A stretch of 63,695 nt of DNA, filler included, from an uncultured bacterium (GCA_964543115.1; 3 parts of 3 records of this genome joined end to end with filler, not necessarily neighbours in it), one strand, 5' to 3'; positions 15,305 through 24,946 are shown, numbered from the whole stretch's first letter. Numbers and translations: made by a program. The notes: generated by a model not told the origin, from the letters alone.

Positions 15305-17872
15305 TTAGAGGGATGTTGCCAGCGCTTCCTCTGCTTCCAGCTCTCTCATTGCCATCCCAGCAGCTGTAAGTCTAGCTACGGGTATTGCTTCTGGCTCGAT
15401 TAAGGCCAATAGTTGCCGTATAGTATCCAAATTATGGAGAGAACCAACATAATAATTAACTGCCCCTATCTGTCGGCCATCTCCGTAAATCAGACTGCGA
15501 AACTCTGGATCACTATTATTTCTGCCGATAACACCTACCTGGATTATTCTACTCTCCCCGCTGTCTTCACTACCAAAATTATCGCCACCATCATCAAAAA
15601 ACAATACACGATCATCTTTATCATATTCACCACTACGCAGCTTCTGACGGCAAACTTCTCTTATGTGGGCAATTTTTGTTATTGATCCCCGCAACACTAC
15701 ATTGACCCCCAGAAGATCACTGCAATCTGTACCAGGCTTGCTTCTCGTACAAACAATAGTATCAACATACTCCAACACACCACTTCGCTCTAAAACTCTA
15801 TAGGGATTTTTTGGCGTACCGGCATCGGAAACAATATTTATCTTTAATTGCTCGCCATATGTCTCTTTAAGCAGCCCAAACAAGAACCTCAATTCATGCG
15901 CTTCTAAATAATCCAGGGTCCCGTACATATCAAAATACACCTCTTTCACCTTACCCCGCGGGCGGCTAACTGCCAGCAGGCCTTTTTTATTTTCAAAGAT
16001 CAATTGTAACCCTCTCCTTATTGCGTATCTTTTAACATTTCTCTCATACTCCTCAATTGCTCTCATAAACCTGGCCCGGAAATAGCTTTCCCGCAGGCGG
16101 CGATGACCGTCACTACCGAGATTAAATTCACTAATTATCGTTCCCAGCTGATTTAGATCCATTTGCCGCAGCTGTTGTTCATGAAGCTTACTGACACCAA
16201 ATACCGCCTGATGACGAGCATAACCATCCGGCCCTTTGATCCGCGCATAATTAGTCTTCCGGAACACATGTGCCTGCTGGCTGGCAGCCAGAACATGTGC
16301 CTGTTGACGAATTTCTTCTCTTTCATCACTGGTAAGTTCAGTTTCTCCTTTCGGATGGTCAGCAATAAATATATTCGTCCATTTAGCATGCATATAGCCA
16401 TAAAAGATAACTTCATCCCTAATTTCATCCGCAAATGGCCGCCGAGAAATAATAACCAAACATCGCTCTCCATCTTCCCATTCTTCCCAGAAATAAGCCA
16501 CGGCCACTTCCGGGGGCAGATCAGTAACTTGAATATGTTTTATCAACAATTCTATCCGCTCTGTCCTTTCATCATCACCAAGAATAACTTTCACATCGCG
16601 TGAATAACGTTCCGCGGCCACTGCCGCCGCTTGCTGGCGCCAGCCCAGCTTCCTTATCTCGCGTTTATGAAGTAAAGATATCGTATCCGGAGACATCTCT
16701 CCGCCAATTAATTTTAGCGGTCCAACAACAGGGAGATCTCTTTTCTCCGGATGTATCCGGATAGCATGAATTTTTACCCCTTCACCCGCTATTTCTTCAT
16801 ATTGCAGCAATTGGCGCTCGCTAAATTCTTGGATAAGACGAGCCGCTTGCTGATTATTTCCCGGTATCCTTAAAAAAAGTACTCCATCAGCAGTAAGATG
16901 ATCAGCAAATTGAGTAAGGAGATCCTCTAATAATCTGACGGATTGAGGGATGATAGAAGTTTTAGCACTCTGACCATTAACGACATCATAAACAATCACA
17001 TCAAACCTTTTCCCGATGAGATTATCAAAAAGTAAAGATTCTTTTACCATTAACCTCTCGCTTAATCCGACTGCCGTTACCGCAATTGCGGCATTGACCA
17101 GCGCTCCCTTTTTATGGTCGGCATAAACCACCCGGGCATTACTATTTCGCGCTACAGCCAAGCCAATAATACCTGTTCCCTCACCCAGAGCCAGGAACGT
17201 TGCTGGTCCCCTTTCACGAATTTGATCCAAGGAAAGACTAACTAATCTTTCCGTCCCGGGATCTGACACGGCATAGGAATAAAACAATTCCGGAACCCGG
17301 CCCAGGTCCCAGCTATCAACATCAATCACACGGCATTCCTTAACAATATCGACACGGTAGCGGGTAATAGCCCAACTAACTTCTTTTTTCATCTCAGAAA
17401 GATGTTCCGCATCTGGTCTCGAGAGTTCCACAATATCAATCAATATCCTTCTGCGGGCAATTTGAAAACTAATCGCCACCGGCCCGTAAGCGGACATCAC
17501 CAGCTTGGCCGCAATTACCTTGGTGCTTCTAACGCCAAAATGCTCCGACAAGAGATCTTCATTCCTGATCACAACCGGTATCGCATCAATCCTCGTAAGT
17601 TCATCCATGCTTCTGGTGTCCAGTTCTACCTCTAGTTCTTCTAAAAAAGTTTGCAGCGGAAAAGCCCTTTCCAACAAATAGAGCCGTTGATATAATTTCT
17701 GTCTGTTCCAGGGGATCAATAATTTCTGCAAATATGCGATAACACTATTCTCATAGCCGACCGCTGCCGTTGCCGCGTCAAGGCCAAGATGACCTAAAAT
17801 CAACGTACGGTGCAACGAACGCCCTCTACATTCCCCGCCTCTTTCAAAATGCTCCGATATCAAGGCCTGCAT
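15305..17872 (-). CDS. C-terminal segment of interrupted giant frame: PrmC-like SAM methyltransferase plus HAD-like domain
   Basis: FLALGEGTGIIGLAVA...LFDNLIGKRFDVIVYD (MTase); YFDMYGTL, INIVSD, LFFDD (HAD motifs); same frame as the two upstream ORFs. Confidence 0.7.
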   Translation of the reverse strand: MQALISEHFERGGECRGRSLHRTLILGHLGLDAATAAVGYENSVIAYLQKLLIPWNRQKLYQRLYLLERAFPLQTFLEELEVELDTRSMDELTRIDAIPVVIRNEDLLSEHFGVRSTKVIAAKLVMSAYGPVAISFQIARRRILIDIVELSRPDAEHLSEMKKEVSWAITRYRVDIVKECRVIDVDSWDLGRVPELFYSYAVSDPGTERLVSLSLDQIRERGPATFLALGEGTGIIGLAVARNSNARVVYADHKKGALVNAAIAVTAVGLSERLMVKESLLFDNLIGKRFDVIVYDVVNGQSAKTSIIPQSVRLLEDLLTQFADHLTADGVLFLRIPGNNQQAARLIQEFSERQLLQYEEIAGEGVKIHAIRIHPEKRDLPVVGPLKLIGGEMSPDTISLLHKREIRKLGWRQQAAAVAAERYSRDVKVILGDDERTERIELLIKHIQVTDLPPEVAVAYFWEEWEDGERCLVIISRRPFADEIRDEVIFYGYMHAKWTNIFIADHPKGETELTSDEREEIRQQAHVLAASQQAHVFRKTNYARIKGPDGYARHQAVFGVSKLHEQQLRQMDLNQLGTIISEFNLGSDGHRRLRESYFRARFMRAIEEYERNVKRYAIRRGLQLIFENKKGLLAVSRPRGKVKEVYFDMYGTLDYLEAHELRFLFGLLKETYGEQLKINIVSDAGTPKNPYRVLERSGVLEYVDTIVCTRSKPGTDCSDLLGVNVVLRGSITKIAHIREVCRQKLRSGEYDKDDRVLFFDDGGDNFGSEDSGESRIIQVGVIGRNNSDPEFRSLIYGDGRQIGAVNYYVGSLHNLDTIRQLLALIEPEAIPVARLTAAGMAMRELEAEEALATSL

Positions 17873-17881
17873 CTTTTCCGG

Positions 17882-20281
17882 CTACTGCCGCAAATCATCC
17901 AACTGCTTTTTATGCAGCGGCGTAATCCCCTCCTCCCCCTGAAAAACCTGTGCCTGTTTGACCCAAGTCAGAATATGGGCACGCCGCCTGATTTCCCACA
18001 ATTCGCTCTCAGTCAACTGCCGGCCAATATTTCCATAAGTATGTAAACAATTAGCGATATAATATTCAATCCATTTCCATTCCATATATTCATGAAACAT
18101 TATTTCATCCATAATCTCAGCAGCAAGAATTTCCCTGGTGACAATCACCAACACTTTGCTTTCAGGATCACCTTCAGCCCAAAAGCTCCAGGCATCCACG
18201 GCCGGGTGTAAATTTTTATCCTGGATTATTTTTACCGGCACATTATCTATCCTGCCAGTAAACCCATAGGCAATACCCACATCTTTTGAATATAACTGAG
18301 CTACCACCCGCCGCGCTTGTTCCTGCCAGCGCGGCTCCTGATTCTCGAGCTGACCTACCACACTCTGATCAATTACCGCCCCAATTGTCTTCAGGGCACA
18401 AGCAAGCGGCAGCCGATCAGGTGTACTGTAATTATCCATTATCCTGGTAGCCATGAAGGCGGTGTAAAAATAAATCGCCCGCACCAGTTCCTGTAATGGT
18501 AACGGCCCGTTAATCGGACCCAATGATCCCGGCCAGCCCTCTGTCTCAGACCAATTACCGCGACGGTATTCACCAAACCGCAAATCCGCATCAGGCCTAA
18601 AAATGCCCTTCTCCCGTAAAATAGCCAATCGTTCATGCTCATCGGTAAATGGACTGAAATCACCAATATAATCCCCAGCCATAAAGTAAGCCATTTGCCG
18701 GGCCAATAATTGCCAATCAATCTGCCCGGCCAAAGGAAACACTTCCGTTTGTTTAAATATTTCATAGGCCTTATTGAAAAGTTCCCGCATAAATTCAGCC
18801 AGCATTTCCGGATCCTGCCAGGAAAGCAATGATTGTTCTTCCAAATAACTACCGGTAATTAAGGTTAGGGCCAGCAAGTAATCACCCAGGAAATTAGCCA
18901 GAAATACGTTTTGTAAAGCATCTTTGTTATCACCAAAACCATTTACCTCTGAGAGATGGACAACACGAGGGTGATAAGGATTAGCCACCATATCCAGAAG
19001 CGGCATAAACTCCGCAAGATCACCTAATCCACTTACCCGCAAATTCGGAAAGGCCACTGCTTTCTTCCAGTTATGCAGTCGGCCCGCCCCGCTTTGCCCG
19101 CGAAACCGCCGAATAATATCTGCCATCCACAGATACCTCCCCCGATCCACCCGGCCGCTGGTCTGAGGAGTATGAAAAACATCAATTAAGGCCGTATGAA
19201 TAATTCCCACCCTCGCTAAACAAAACAAATCATGCAGGCCAAGAAAAATAGCATCAAAAAACTCTTCCGCTCCCAGACTGGCGTTATTAAGATAGGTAAA
19301 ATAATCCCTGTTCTCATACTCATAGGCCATTAGCGTATAGCAGCCATATCTGCTATCTAAGACTATTGCCTCGCCTTCTTTGGTCCTCACCTCCGTCAAA
19401 GCGCTAACGGCTTCCGCCGGCAGACTCTTTGTTCTTACTGCTCGCTGGCCGTCAATCATAACCGGCTGAGGATACTGACCAACTAAACCCAGGGCATCAT
19501 AATTATCATTAAGATAATCCATCATCTCTGATTCAAGCAGGAGGTTACCGGCATCCTCTCTATCTTTCAAGACCTTTATGGCCAAATATTTCTTTTCTTT
19601 CCCATTCCAATATACTAACGTTCTTCCCAAAGCGCCATTCGGCGCCTGCGCCAGATCCCTCACTAACTGGCAATCTTTTAACATTTCTGCCAACGTCTTA
19701 TCGGCACGCGGTAAACTGCGGATATCGCCAACACGCCGGAATCGCGGCACTTCTGCCGGCGGATTTTGCAATTGGGCAGTCTGAGAGTTAGCCAACAGAC
19801 CTTCAACAAAATTGGGATAATTACTTTGGGCGTTGCCGCCGTTAAAAAATTCTATTTTAGACACCCGGCAAAACGGTAAGATCCGCGCAAGATAATGTCT
19901 CCTTTTTTCTTCAGGAAGATAAGGGACGATCAAACCCAAGGCCTTAATAACCGCACTGGCACTATAATCATATATCCCCTCATCCCCCAAAACCGCCAGC
20001 AGCTCCCTGATTGCGTATTCAGCATATTCCGGCCTTTTCTCAACAGCCACTCTTAAGGCCTGAGCAAAACTCAATCCTATTTCAAAACCAATTCCCTGAA
20101 ACAAAAAACAACCGCTAAGCATTTTAATAAGATCTTCATTAATAAATTCCGGCCGTACCTCTAATATAAGAGCAATAATATCGGCTGCCGTTTTCCAGAT
20201 ACTATTCTGCAACACTCCTGGTTCACACAATACCGTCACAGCCAGCAGCATTTTCTCATTAATTAGCTCTGGCTTAGCCAT
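17882..20281 (-). CDS. Middle segment of interrupted giant frame: ARM-like repeats plus SidJ-like pseudokinase/polyglutamylase domain
   Basis: GALGRT, AIKVLK, HDLF.LAR.G, VFHT, R.DRGRY, GRLHNWKKAV.FPNLRVSGLGDLAE, INGPLP. Confidence 0.72.
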   Translation of the reverse strand: MAKPELINEKMLLAVTVLCEPGVLQNSIWKTAADIIALILEVRPEFINEDLIKMLSGCFLFQGIGFEIGLSFAQALRVAVEKRPEYAEYAIRELLAVLGDEGIYDYSASAVIKALGLIVPYLPEEKRRHYLARILPFCRVSKIEFFNGGNAQSNYPNFVEGLLANSQTAQLQNPPAEVPRFRRVGDIRSLPRADKTLAEMLKDCQLVRDLAQAPNGALGRTLVYWNGKEKKYLAIKVLKDREDAGNLLLESEMMDYLNDNYDALGLVGQYPQPVMIDGQRAVRTKSLPAEAVSALTEVRTKEGEAIVLDSRYGCYTLMAYEYENRDYFTYLNNASLGAEEFFDAIFLGLHDLFCLARVGIIHTALIDVFHTPQTSGRVDRGRYLWMADIIRRFRGQSGAGRLHNWKKAVAFPNLRVSGLGDLAEFMPLLDMVANPYHPRVVHLSEVNGFGDNKDALQNVFLANFLGDYLLALTLITGSYLEEQSLLSWQDPEMLAEFMRELFNKAYEIFKQTEVFPLAGQIDWQLLARQMAYFMAGDYIGDFSPFTDEHERLAILREKGIFRPDADLRFGEYRRGNWSETEGWPGSLGPINGPLPLQELVRAIYFYTAFMATRIMDNYSTPDRLPLACALKTIGAVIDQSVVGQLENQEPRWQEQARRVVAQLYSKDVGIAYGFTGRIDNVPVKIIQDKNLHPAVDAWSFWAEGDPESKVLVIVTREILAAEIMDEIMFHEYMEWKWIEYYIANCLHTYGNIGRQLTESELWEIRRRAHILTWVKQAQVFQGEEGITPLHKKQLDDLRQ

Positions 20282-20317
20282 TAATACTGCTTTTATTTCC
20301 TTGATAGCAAGCCAGCG

Positions 20318-21619
20318 TCACAAAACGGCATCTTGCTCAGATAAGCTATGCACTGCTTCGGGAACGCTAAGCACAGTCTTTGCCTCTGTAATCATTGCAT
20401 AACTTTTGAATACATTCTTAGGATCACTTACATGGGATCGCGTAAGACTCTTCAAATAACTGATTTGCCTATTTTGTCCTAATTGATCAATAAAAAAGCG
20501 ATAAAACGGATTCATCCCCAATTCATCTGTGAACAACCAGGCCCGAAGTGAGGCAGCGGCATGTGTTTTGCCAAGCCATTTCTCCTGCCACTCGTGATCG
20601 AGAAAAAAGGCCAGCATTAGGGCATTTTTTTGCAAAATTTTCCAGAATGCCTTAGTACAATAGATATTGAGACAAGCATCACCCGGTTCCTTCTCTCCCA
20701 GGGCATAAAACATTTCCTGCGGATTAACCGCCCCGGTAAACTGCGGCAAACCTAATTGATCTCCCGCATCTACGCAATGAACCACAAGATTAGCCAAAAC
20801 AGGTTGTTGATCCGGAATCAACCGTATCGCCTCTGTCAAAGCAGGAGAACTAACCTGCTGAACCTTACCCTGCTCTCGATAGTCAGCAATCACTTTCCGC
20901 ACATAATCCGTATCCGCCCCTTCACTGCCCGGCGCCTTAAGAGTCTTCGGTTTTCTCGGATCAAGCAGCCCCAATTCCTCACCCAGCTCCTGGCCCTCAG
21001 AATCAAGCAGAGTGCGTGCCCTTGTTGGGCTGAAAAATTCCGCGATCAGCGCCCGCCGGTCAGAAACAGAGATCTGGTAACTAACTTCATAAAGGGCTTC
21101 ATTAACTAATTCATGCACCCTTTTCACCTGTGCGCGGTCCTGCTCGTTCAGGGTAATACTTCTCCTTTTCGACAAAGTCTCAAAACAATCTTCCATAAAA
21201 AGTACATCCTGTGTACTAACAGCCCCTATGCGTAATAGTAACCGGGCCATCTCCTGCAATAATCTTAAATACAGGTAACAATGCTCTGTTCCATCCTTCT
21301 CCGTCCTTAAGCTTTCCAAAACACGGTTAAGCTTCATCTGGATCGCCTTCCGGGCTCTGTCATTCAACTCCATCTGATCATTCCGCAACACATCTATACC
21401 ACTAAATAACCTCCTGTCCCGCGCATCCCCATAATAAATATCGTGTTTGTTCCCATCAAAAGTATAGTATTCAAATACCGCTTCCTGCCCCAGACGCGGA
21501 ATATCTCTTATCGCTACTGCCTCCCGGGAACGCAACATATTCTTCCGGGCAATCCGCCGGATCTCATAGAAGCGCTGCGGACCAAGTTCCCTTAAGGCCG
21601 CCGGGCAACCGGCCAGACA
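20318..21619 (-). CDS. Upstream segment of interrupted giant frame, hypothetical (5' truncated by contig end)
   Basis: 406-aa ORF; the frame stays open from 21538 to the gap (CLAGCPAALRELGPQRFYEIRRIARKN-M). Confidence 0.7.
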   Translation of the reverse strand, partial: CLAGCPAALRELGPQRFYEIRRIARKNMLRSREAVAIRDIPRLGQEAVFEYYTFDGNKHDIYYGDARDRRLFSGIDVLRNDQMELNDRARKAIQMKLNRVLESLRTEKDGTEHCYLYLRLLQEMARLLLRIGAVSTQDVLFMEDCFETLSKRRSITLNEQDRAQVKRVHELVNEALYEVSYQISVSDRRALIAEFFSPTRARTLLDSEGQELGEELGLLDPRKPKTLKAPGSEGADTDYVRKVIADYREQGKVQQVSSPALTEAIRLIPDQQPVLANLVVHCVDAGDQLGLPQFTGAVNPQEMFYALGEKEPGDACLNIYCTKAFWKILQKNALMLAFFLDHEWQEKWLGKTHAAASLRAWLFTDELGMNPFYRFFIDQLGQNRQISYLKSLTRSHVSDPKNVFKSYAMITEAKTVLSVPEAVHSLSEQDAVL

Positions 21620-21621
21620 AA

Positions 21622-21721
21622 NNNNNNNNNNNNNNNNNNNNNNNNNNNNNNNNNNNNNNNNNNNNTTAATTAATTAANNNNNNNNNNNNNNNNNNNNNNN
21701 NNNNNNNNNNNNNNNNNNNNN
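21622..21721. other. Artificial contig spacer (44 N + TTAATTAATTAA + 44 N)
   Basis: All-frame stop linker at 21666-21677 inside an exact 100-nt block. Confidence 0.97.
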
Positions 21722-22243
21722 ACTGGTATCATCCGGCTTGTAACTACTGGCAAAAGGAAAATGCAGCCCGAAGTACCGGCAACTTATGTTGACCAAGTAG
21801 TGCAAATTTTCTTAGCGCCAGGAGGAAGCAAATGGTTCATGCTAAAAATCTACGACAGCAATGATGATTTTATCAATGCCTATATTTACCGCTGGCTGCC
21901 TGAGGGTAAAATATCCCGCTTTAAAGTTACCTGGGAACAACTTAACTTCTACAACAAAGTTACCGCCGCAGAAAAAAACAAAAAGAGCCTTACCCGCCTG
22001 TTACGGGGAGAAGTAACCGCGGGCAGAAGAATAAGGAGAAAAGCGATTCTTGTCTTGAGAAATGAACTGGAAAGGATGGCGGCGGAAATGCTGCGGCAAA
22101 GAAAAAGCCGTGTTCCGCACTATGATTCCGGCTATCACTGGCAGCTTTTGCGCAAGATAGAGATCATCGATCTGTATCTGGAAATGAAACAAGATCAACT
22201 GCTCAATAGACAATTGCGCAGACAGGCGCAAGAATCAGTGTAG
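21722..22243 (+). CDS. Hypothetical protein, C-terminal fragment (5' truncated by contig start)
   Basis: Frame is open from 21722 (TGIIRLVTTGKRK-MQPEVP); ends ...LRRQAQESV*. Confidence 0.6.
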   Translation, partial: TGIIRLVTTGKRKMQPEVPATYVDQVVQIFLAPGGSKWFMLKIYDSNDDFINAYIYRWLPEGKISRFKVTWEQLNFYNKVTAAEKNKKSLTRLLRGEVTAGRRIRRKAILVLRNELERMAAEMLRQRKSRVPHYDSGYHWQLLRKIEIIDLYLEMKQDQLLNRQLRRQAQESV

Positions 22244-22259
22244 GGCTGTCCCTACATTT

Positions 22260-22529
22260 TTAACTGAAGCGATACACTTTGCGGATTTTCTCGATTACGT
22301 TCCAGGTGCACTGCAGGCCCTTGGGAAAAGTAACCAGGTCGCCTTTATTAATCTCAACCTCACCGCTTGCGGTTTTTACCTTTACCCTGCCCTCGTAAAC
22401 ATAAGCCGTTTCGTCTGAGTCATATTTCCACTCAAATTTACTCGGCTCACACTCCCAGGGGCTCCAATTGTTGACTCCCAGCTCATTTAATTTTTGCTGG
22501 GTGGGTTTTTCAATTCTTATTTCAGACAT
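22260..22529 (-). CDS. Cupin_3 / DUF861 (EutQ-like) cupin protein
   Basis: WSPWECEPSKFEWKYDSDETAYVYEGRV...GDLVTFPKGLQCTWNV; AGGAG RBS. Confidence 0.88.
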   Translation of the reverse strand: MSEIRIEKPTQQKLNELGVNNWSPWECEPSKFEWKYDSDETAYVYEGRVKVKTASGEVEINKGDLVTFPKGLQCTWNVIEKIRKVYRFS

Positions 22530-22541
22530 GGTTATCTCCTC

Positions 22542-22739
22542 CTACCAGATCACATACCAAAGAAAAAATGCCAGGACAATAATAAGCGCAAGAATGACCG
22601 TATAAAAATGGCTCCTGCCGTAGCGCAACCGGCCAAGGAAACCGGAATTTTCGAAAATAACTTTACCGCAATAGATACAGTTAAAATTTTCTGACGGTGT
22701 ACGGGCGCCGCAATGTTTACAATCTACTAAATTATCCAT
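22542..22739 (-). CDS. Small membrane protein with N-terminal zinc ribbon
   Basis: CKHC...CIYC followed by a C-terminal transmembrane helix. Confidence 0.7.
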   Translation of the reverse strand: MDNLVDCKHCGARTPSENFNCIYCGKVIFENSGFLGRLRYGRSHFYTVILALIIVLAFFLWYVIW

Positions 22740-22750
22740 AATGAGTATAA

Positions 22751-22787
22751 ACGGCCCCGCCCTGATTTTGCTTCAGGGCGGGGCCGT
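22751..22787 (-). terminator. Putative intrinsic terminator after the beta-barrel gene
   Basis: Perfect 15-bp GC-rich stem acggccccgccctga/tcagggcggggccgt with a 7-nt loop; only a short T tail. Confidence 0.65.
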
Positions 22788-22807
22788 CAGTTAAACAATA
22801 AAACTAA

Positions 22808-23389
22808 CTAGATCTTAAATCCAACACCGAGACGGACAAATAAGGCATCCATGCTGATGTCGCCAGAAGTATAATTGGAAGTATCGGCATTACCAAACTG
22901 ATAACCAAGTTCCCCTTCCACGAAGAAATTTTCATAGAATTCCCAGCCAAGGCCGCCGAGTACATGCCCGAGAAAGGCATTGTCGACATCCACACTGCCC
23001 ACATCATCATTAAATTGCACGCCAATACCCGCGCCGCCATAGATATAGAGTTCCGGCGCGATATCGGTTAAATAAGCCTGGAGAATAGCGGTCAACCGCC
23101 AGTTAATCAGCCCCAGGTTTCCCGGAAGCTTATCTGTCGAACAATCACTGTAGAAGCCGACGTTGGTCTGCGCGCCTAACCAATCCAGAAACATATAGCG
23201 GGCCAAAACGCCGCCGCCCCAGGTACCGTGATCGATGTGACTGCTGTGAAAATTAATGTATTCGGTGTAACCTTCGATCTTCAGTTTTCCGCCGAACGGC
23301 TGAGACTGGATCTCTGCCTGAGCCAGGGCCGCTGCGCTGGCGCCGAAAACAAAAACAGCAGCGATGACAACAAAAAGAACTTTCCTCAT
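22808..23389 (-). CDS. Outer-membrane beta-barrel protein (OmpA/OmpW-like, 8-stranded)
   Basis: Signal peptide, alternating amphipathic strands (LYIYGGAGIG, FFVEGELGY), C-terminal GVGFKI. Confidence 0.8.
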   Translation of the reverse strand: MRKVLFVVIAAVFVFGASAAALAQAEIQSQPFGGKLKIEGYTEYINFHSSHIDHGTWGGGVLARYMFLDWLGAQTNVGFYSDCSTDKLPGNLGLINWRLTAILQAYLTDIAPELYIYGGAGIGVQFNDDVGSVDVDNAFLGHVLGGLGWEFYENFFVEGELGYQFGNADTSNYTSGDISMDALFVRLGVGFKI

Positions 23390-23482
23390 CCTACCCTCCT
23401 ATTTTTCTCCCCCTTCAACTTTTCACTTCCCCGTTAGAGTGCAAGGGAGATCCAGATCACTCTTCGAGGAATCGCAGAAAAA

Positions 23483-24376
23483 CTACATACTTTCAATTGC
23501 TTCTTTATTTACGGTAATCTTTGCTTTTTCCCGTAACTCCTTATTCAACGTTTCAACCGCCGCTTTCTTTTTCTCCTGCAGAAGAGTTTCCTTTATTTGA
23601 TCTTCCACTTCAGCAAATGTTTGAGTCTGGGCGGGAACTTTTTTAATCAGCTTAATAATATGGTAGCCGAATTTCGTTTTAACTATTCCCGAGATTTCCC
23701 CTTCTTTCAGTGAAAAGGCCGCTTCTTCAAATTCCGGCACCATCGCTCCCCGGGGAAAGCTGCCCAACGCTCCGCCCTTGGCACTGGAAGGACAAGAGGA
23801 ATTCTCTTTAGCTAATTCGGCAAAATCCCCTCCCTCGTTAACCTTTTTCAGCACTTCTTCTGCCTTTTGCAACGCCGCTTTATCTGCCGCTTCATCTCCC
23901 GGATCTTCAATCTTAATCAGTATGTGCGCCGCTTCTATCTGCTCGGGAACCTCATATTCTTTCTTATTTTCTTCATAATATTTCTTGGCCTCTTCAGTAG
24001 TCACCTCTGCCTTTTCCATTGTCTTCAATAAAAGCATCTGGGCCAAAACCTTTTTCTTTATTTCCTCTAGCTGTTTGATGTATTCCGGGTCCTTTTCTAT
24101 ACCGTCTTTTTTTGCCTGTTGGTAGAATAATTCCCGCATCACCAGATCATCGACAAACTTTTCTTTATTTGCCTGAACATATTTCTGGTAATTAGGCGGC
24201 ATATTGGCAACCTCTTTATTAAAATCAGCCACTGTTATTTTTGTGTTGTTGACCTCCGCCAGGACAATTTCACTGCTGTCCTTTTCGCCCACAGCCGGTT
24301 TTTCATTCTGCGCCACGAGATACCCACTGACAGCTACTAATAATACGGCGATTAAAACTATTTTCCTTATCCTCAC
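23483..24376 (-). CDS. Parvulin-type peptidyl-prolyl cis-trans isomerase (PpiC/PrsA/SurA-like)
   Basis: IEAAHILIK, FAELAKENSSCPSSAKGGALG.F, MVPEFEEAAF, TKFGYHIIK; signal peptide. Confidence 0.93.
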   Translation of the reverse strand: MRIRKIVLIAVLLVAVSGYLVAQNEKPAVGEKDSSEIVLAEVNNTKITVADFNKEVANMPPNYQKYVQANKEKFVDDLVMRELFYQQAKKDGIEKDPEYIKQLEEIKKKVLAQMLLLKTMEKAEVTTEEAKKYYEENKKEYEVPEQIEAAHILIKIEDPGDEAADKAALQKAEEVLKKVNEGGDFAELAKENSSCPSSAKGGALGSFPRGAMVPEFEEAAFSLKEGEISGIVKTKFGYHIIKLIKKVPAQTQTFAEVEDQIKETLLQEKKKAAVETLNKELREKAKITVNKEAIESM

Positions 24377-24469
24377 ATTCCCTCCTTTAAATAAATTAAT
24401 GAAGTTTGTATGGTATCATTTAATGAAAATTATAGCAATGAACAATTTTAGCTGCACGGGCCATAGCTG

Positions 24470-24946
24470 TTAAGAAGTTTTTTTTCTCCAGATATATATT
24501 TTTTCCTGCAGTGTTCCCATCGGGCAGATAACGCACCAGCCCCGATGCTTGGCAAGCACTCCCAAAATTATCGAAACAATAGTAGTTATAATACACATCG
24601 TTACAAACACCGCCCCAATGGCCAGCAGCGATCCCCCGGAACGAAGAAGGCGAAAGATTAAAAAACCCATGAGTAAGGCCAGCACAGACCAGCGAAACCA
24701 ATCCTTCGCGCAGAATTTCGGCAAAGGCTTTTGCCGGCTGAATTTGGCCAGGACAATATCCAAAAAGGCTCCCCTCGGGCAGATGTTCCAACACCAATAT
24801 CTCCCTTTAAAGAAAGATAAAGACAATAATATCCCCATCATCGCTATTACTAAATAACCTAAACTCGGATAGAATATTCCCCCAATTACAATAAGCGGTA
24901 ATAACCACATTGTTACTATTTGTGTTTTTTTCATTTTTTCCTCCAA
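24470..24946 (-). CDS. Membrane 4Fe-4S binding protein (Fer4_5, NapH/FixG-like)
   Basis: Transmembrane helices with GRYWCWNICPRGAFLD and RGWCVICPMGTLQ. Confidence 0.85.
   Translation of the reverse strand: MEEKMKKTQIVTMWLLPLIVIGGIFYPSLGYLVIAMMGILLSLSFFKGRYWCWNICPRGAFLDIVLAKFSRQKPLPKFCAKDWFRWSVLALLMGFLIFRLLRSGGSLLAIGAVFVTMCIITTIVSIILGVLAKHRGWCVICPMGTLQEKIYIWRKKTS

Noticed and set aside
17882..20320. Genome-wide stop-codon reassignment, or Sec/Pyl insertion, explaining the in-frame stops
   Set aside because: The two stops differ (TGA and TAG), both codons terminate ordinary genes elsewhere in the window (e.g. cstA TGA, GT4 TAG), and no convincing SECIS-like hairpin follows the TGA.
21622..21721. 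TTAATTAATTAA palindrome flanked by Ns (also at 43271-43282)
   Set aside because: Standard all-frame stop linker in an exact 100-nt spacer used to concatenate contigs. It is not biological, and adjacency across it means nothing.
23390..23482. Possible riboswitch upstream of the beta-barrel gene
   Set aside because: Purine-rich leader, but no recognisable aptamer consensus by eye.
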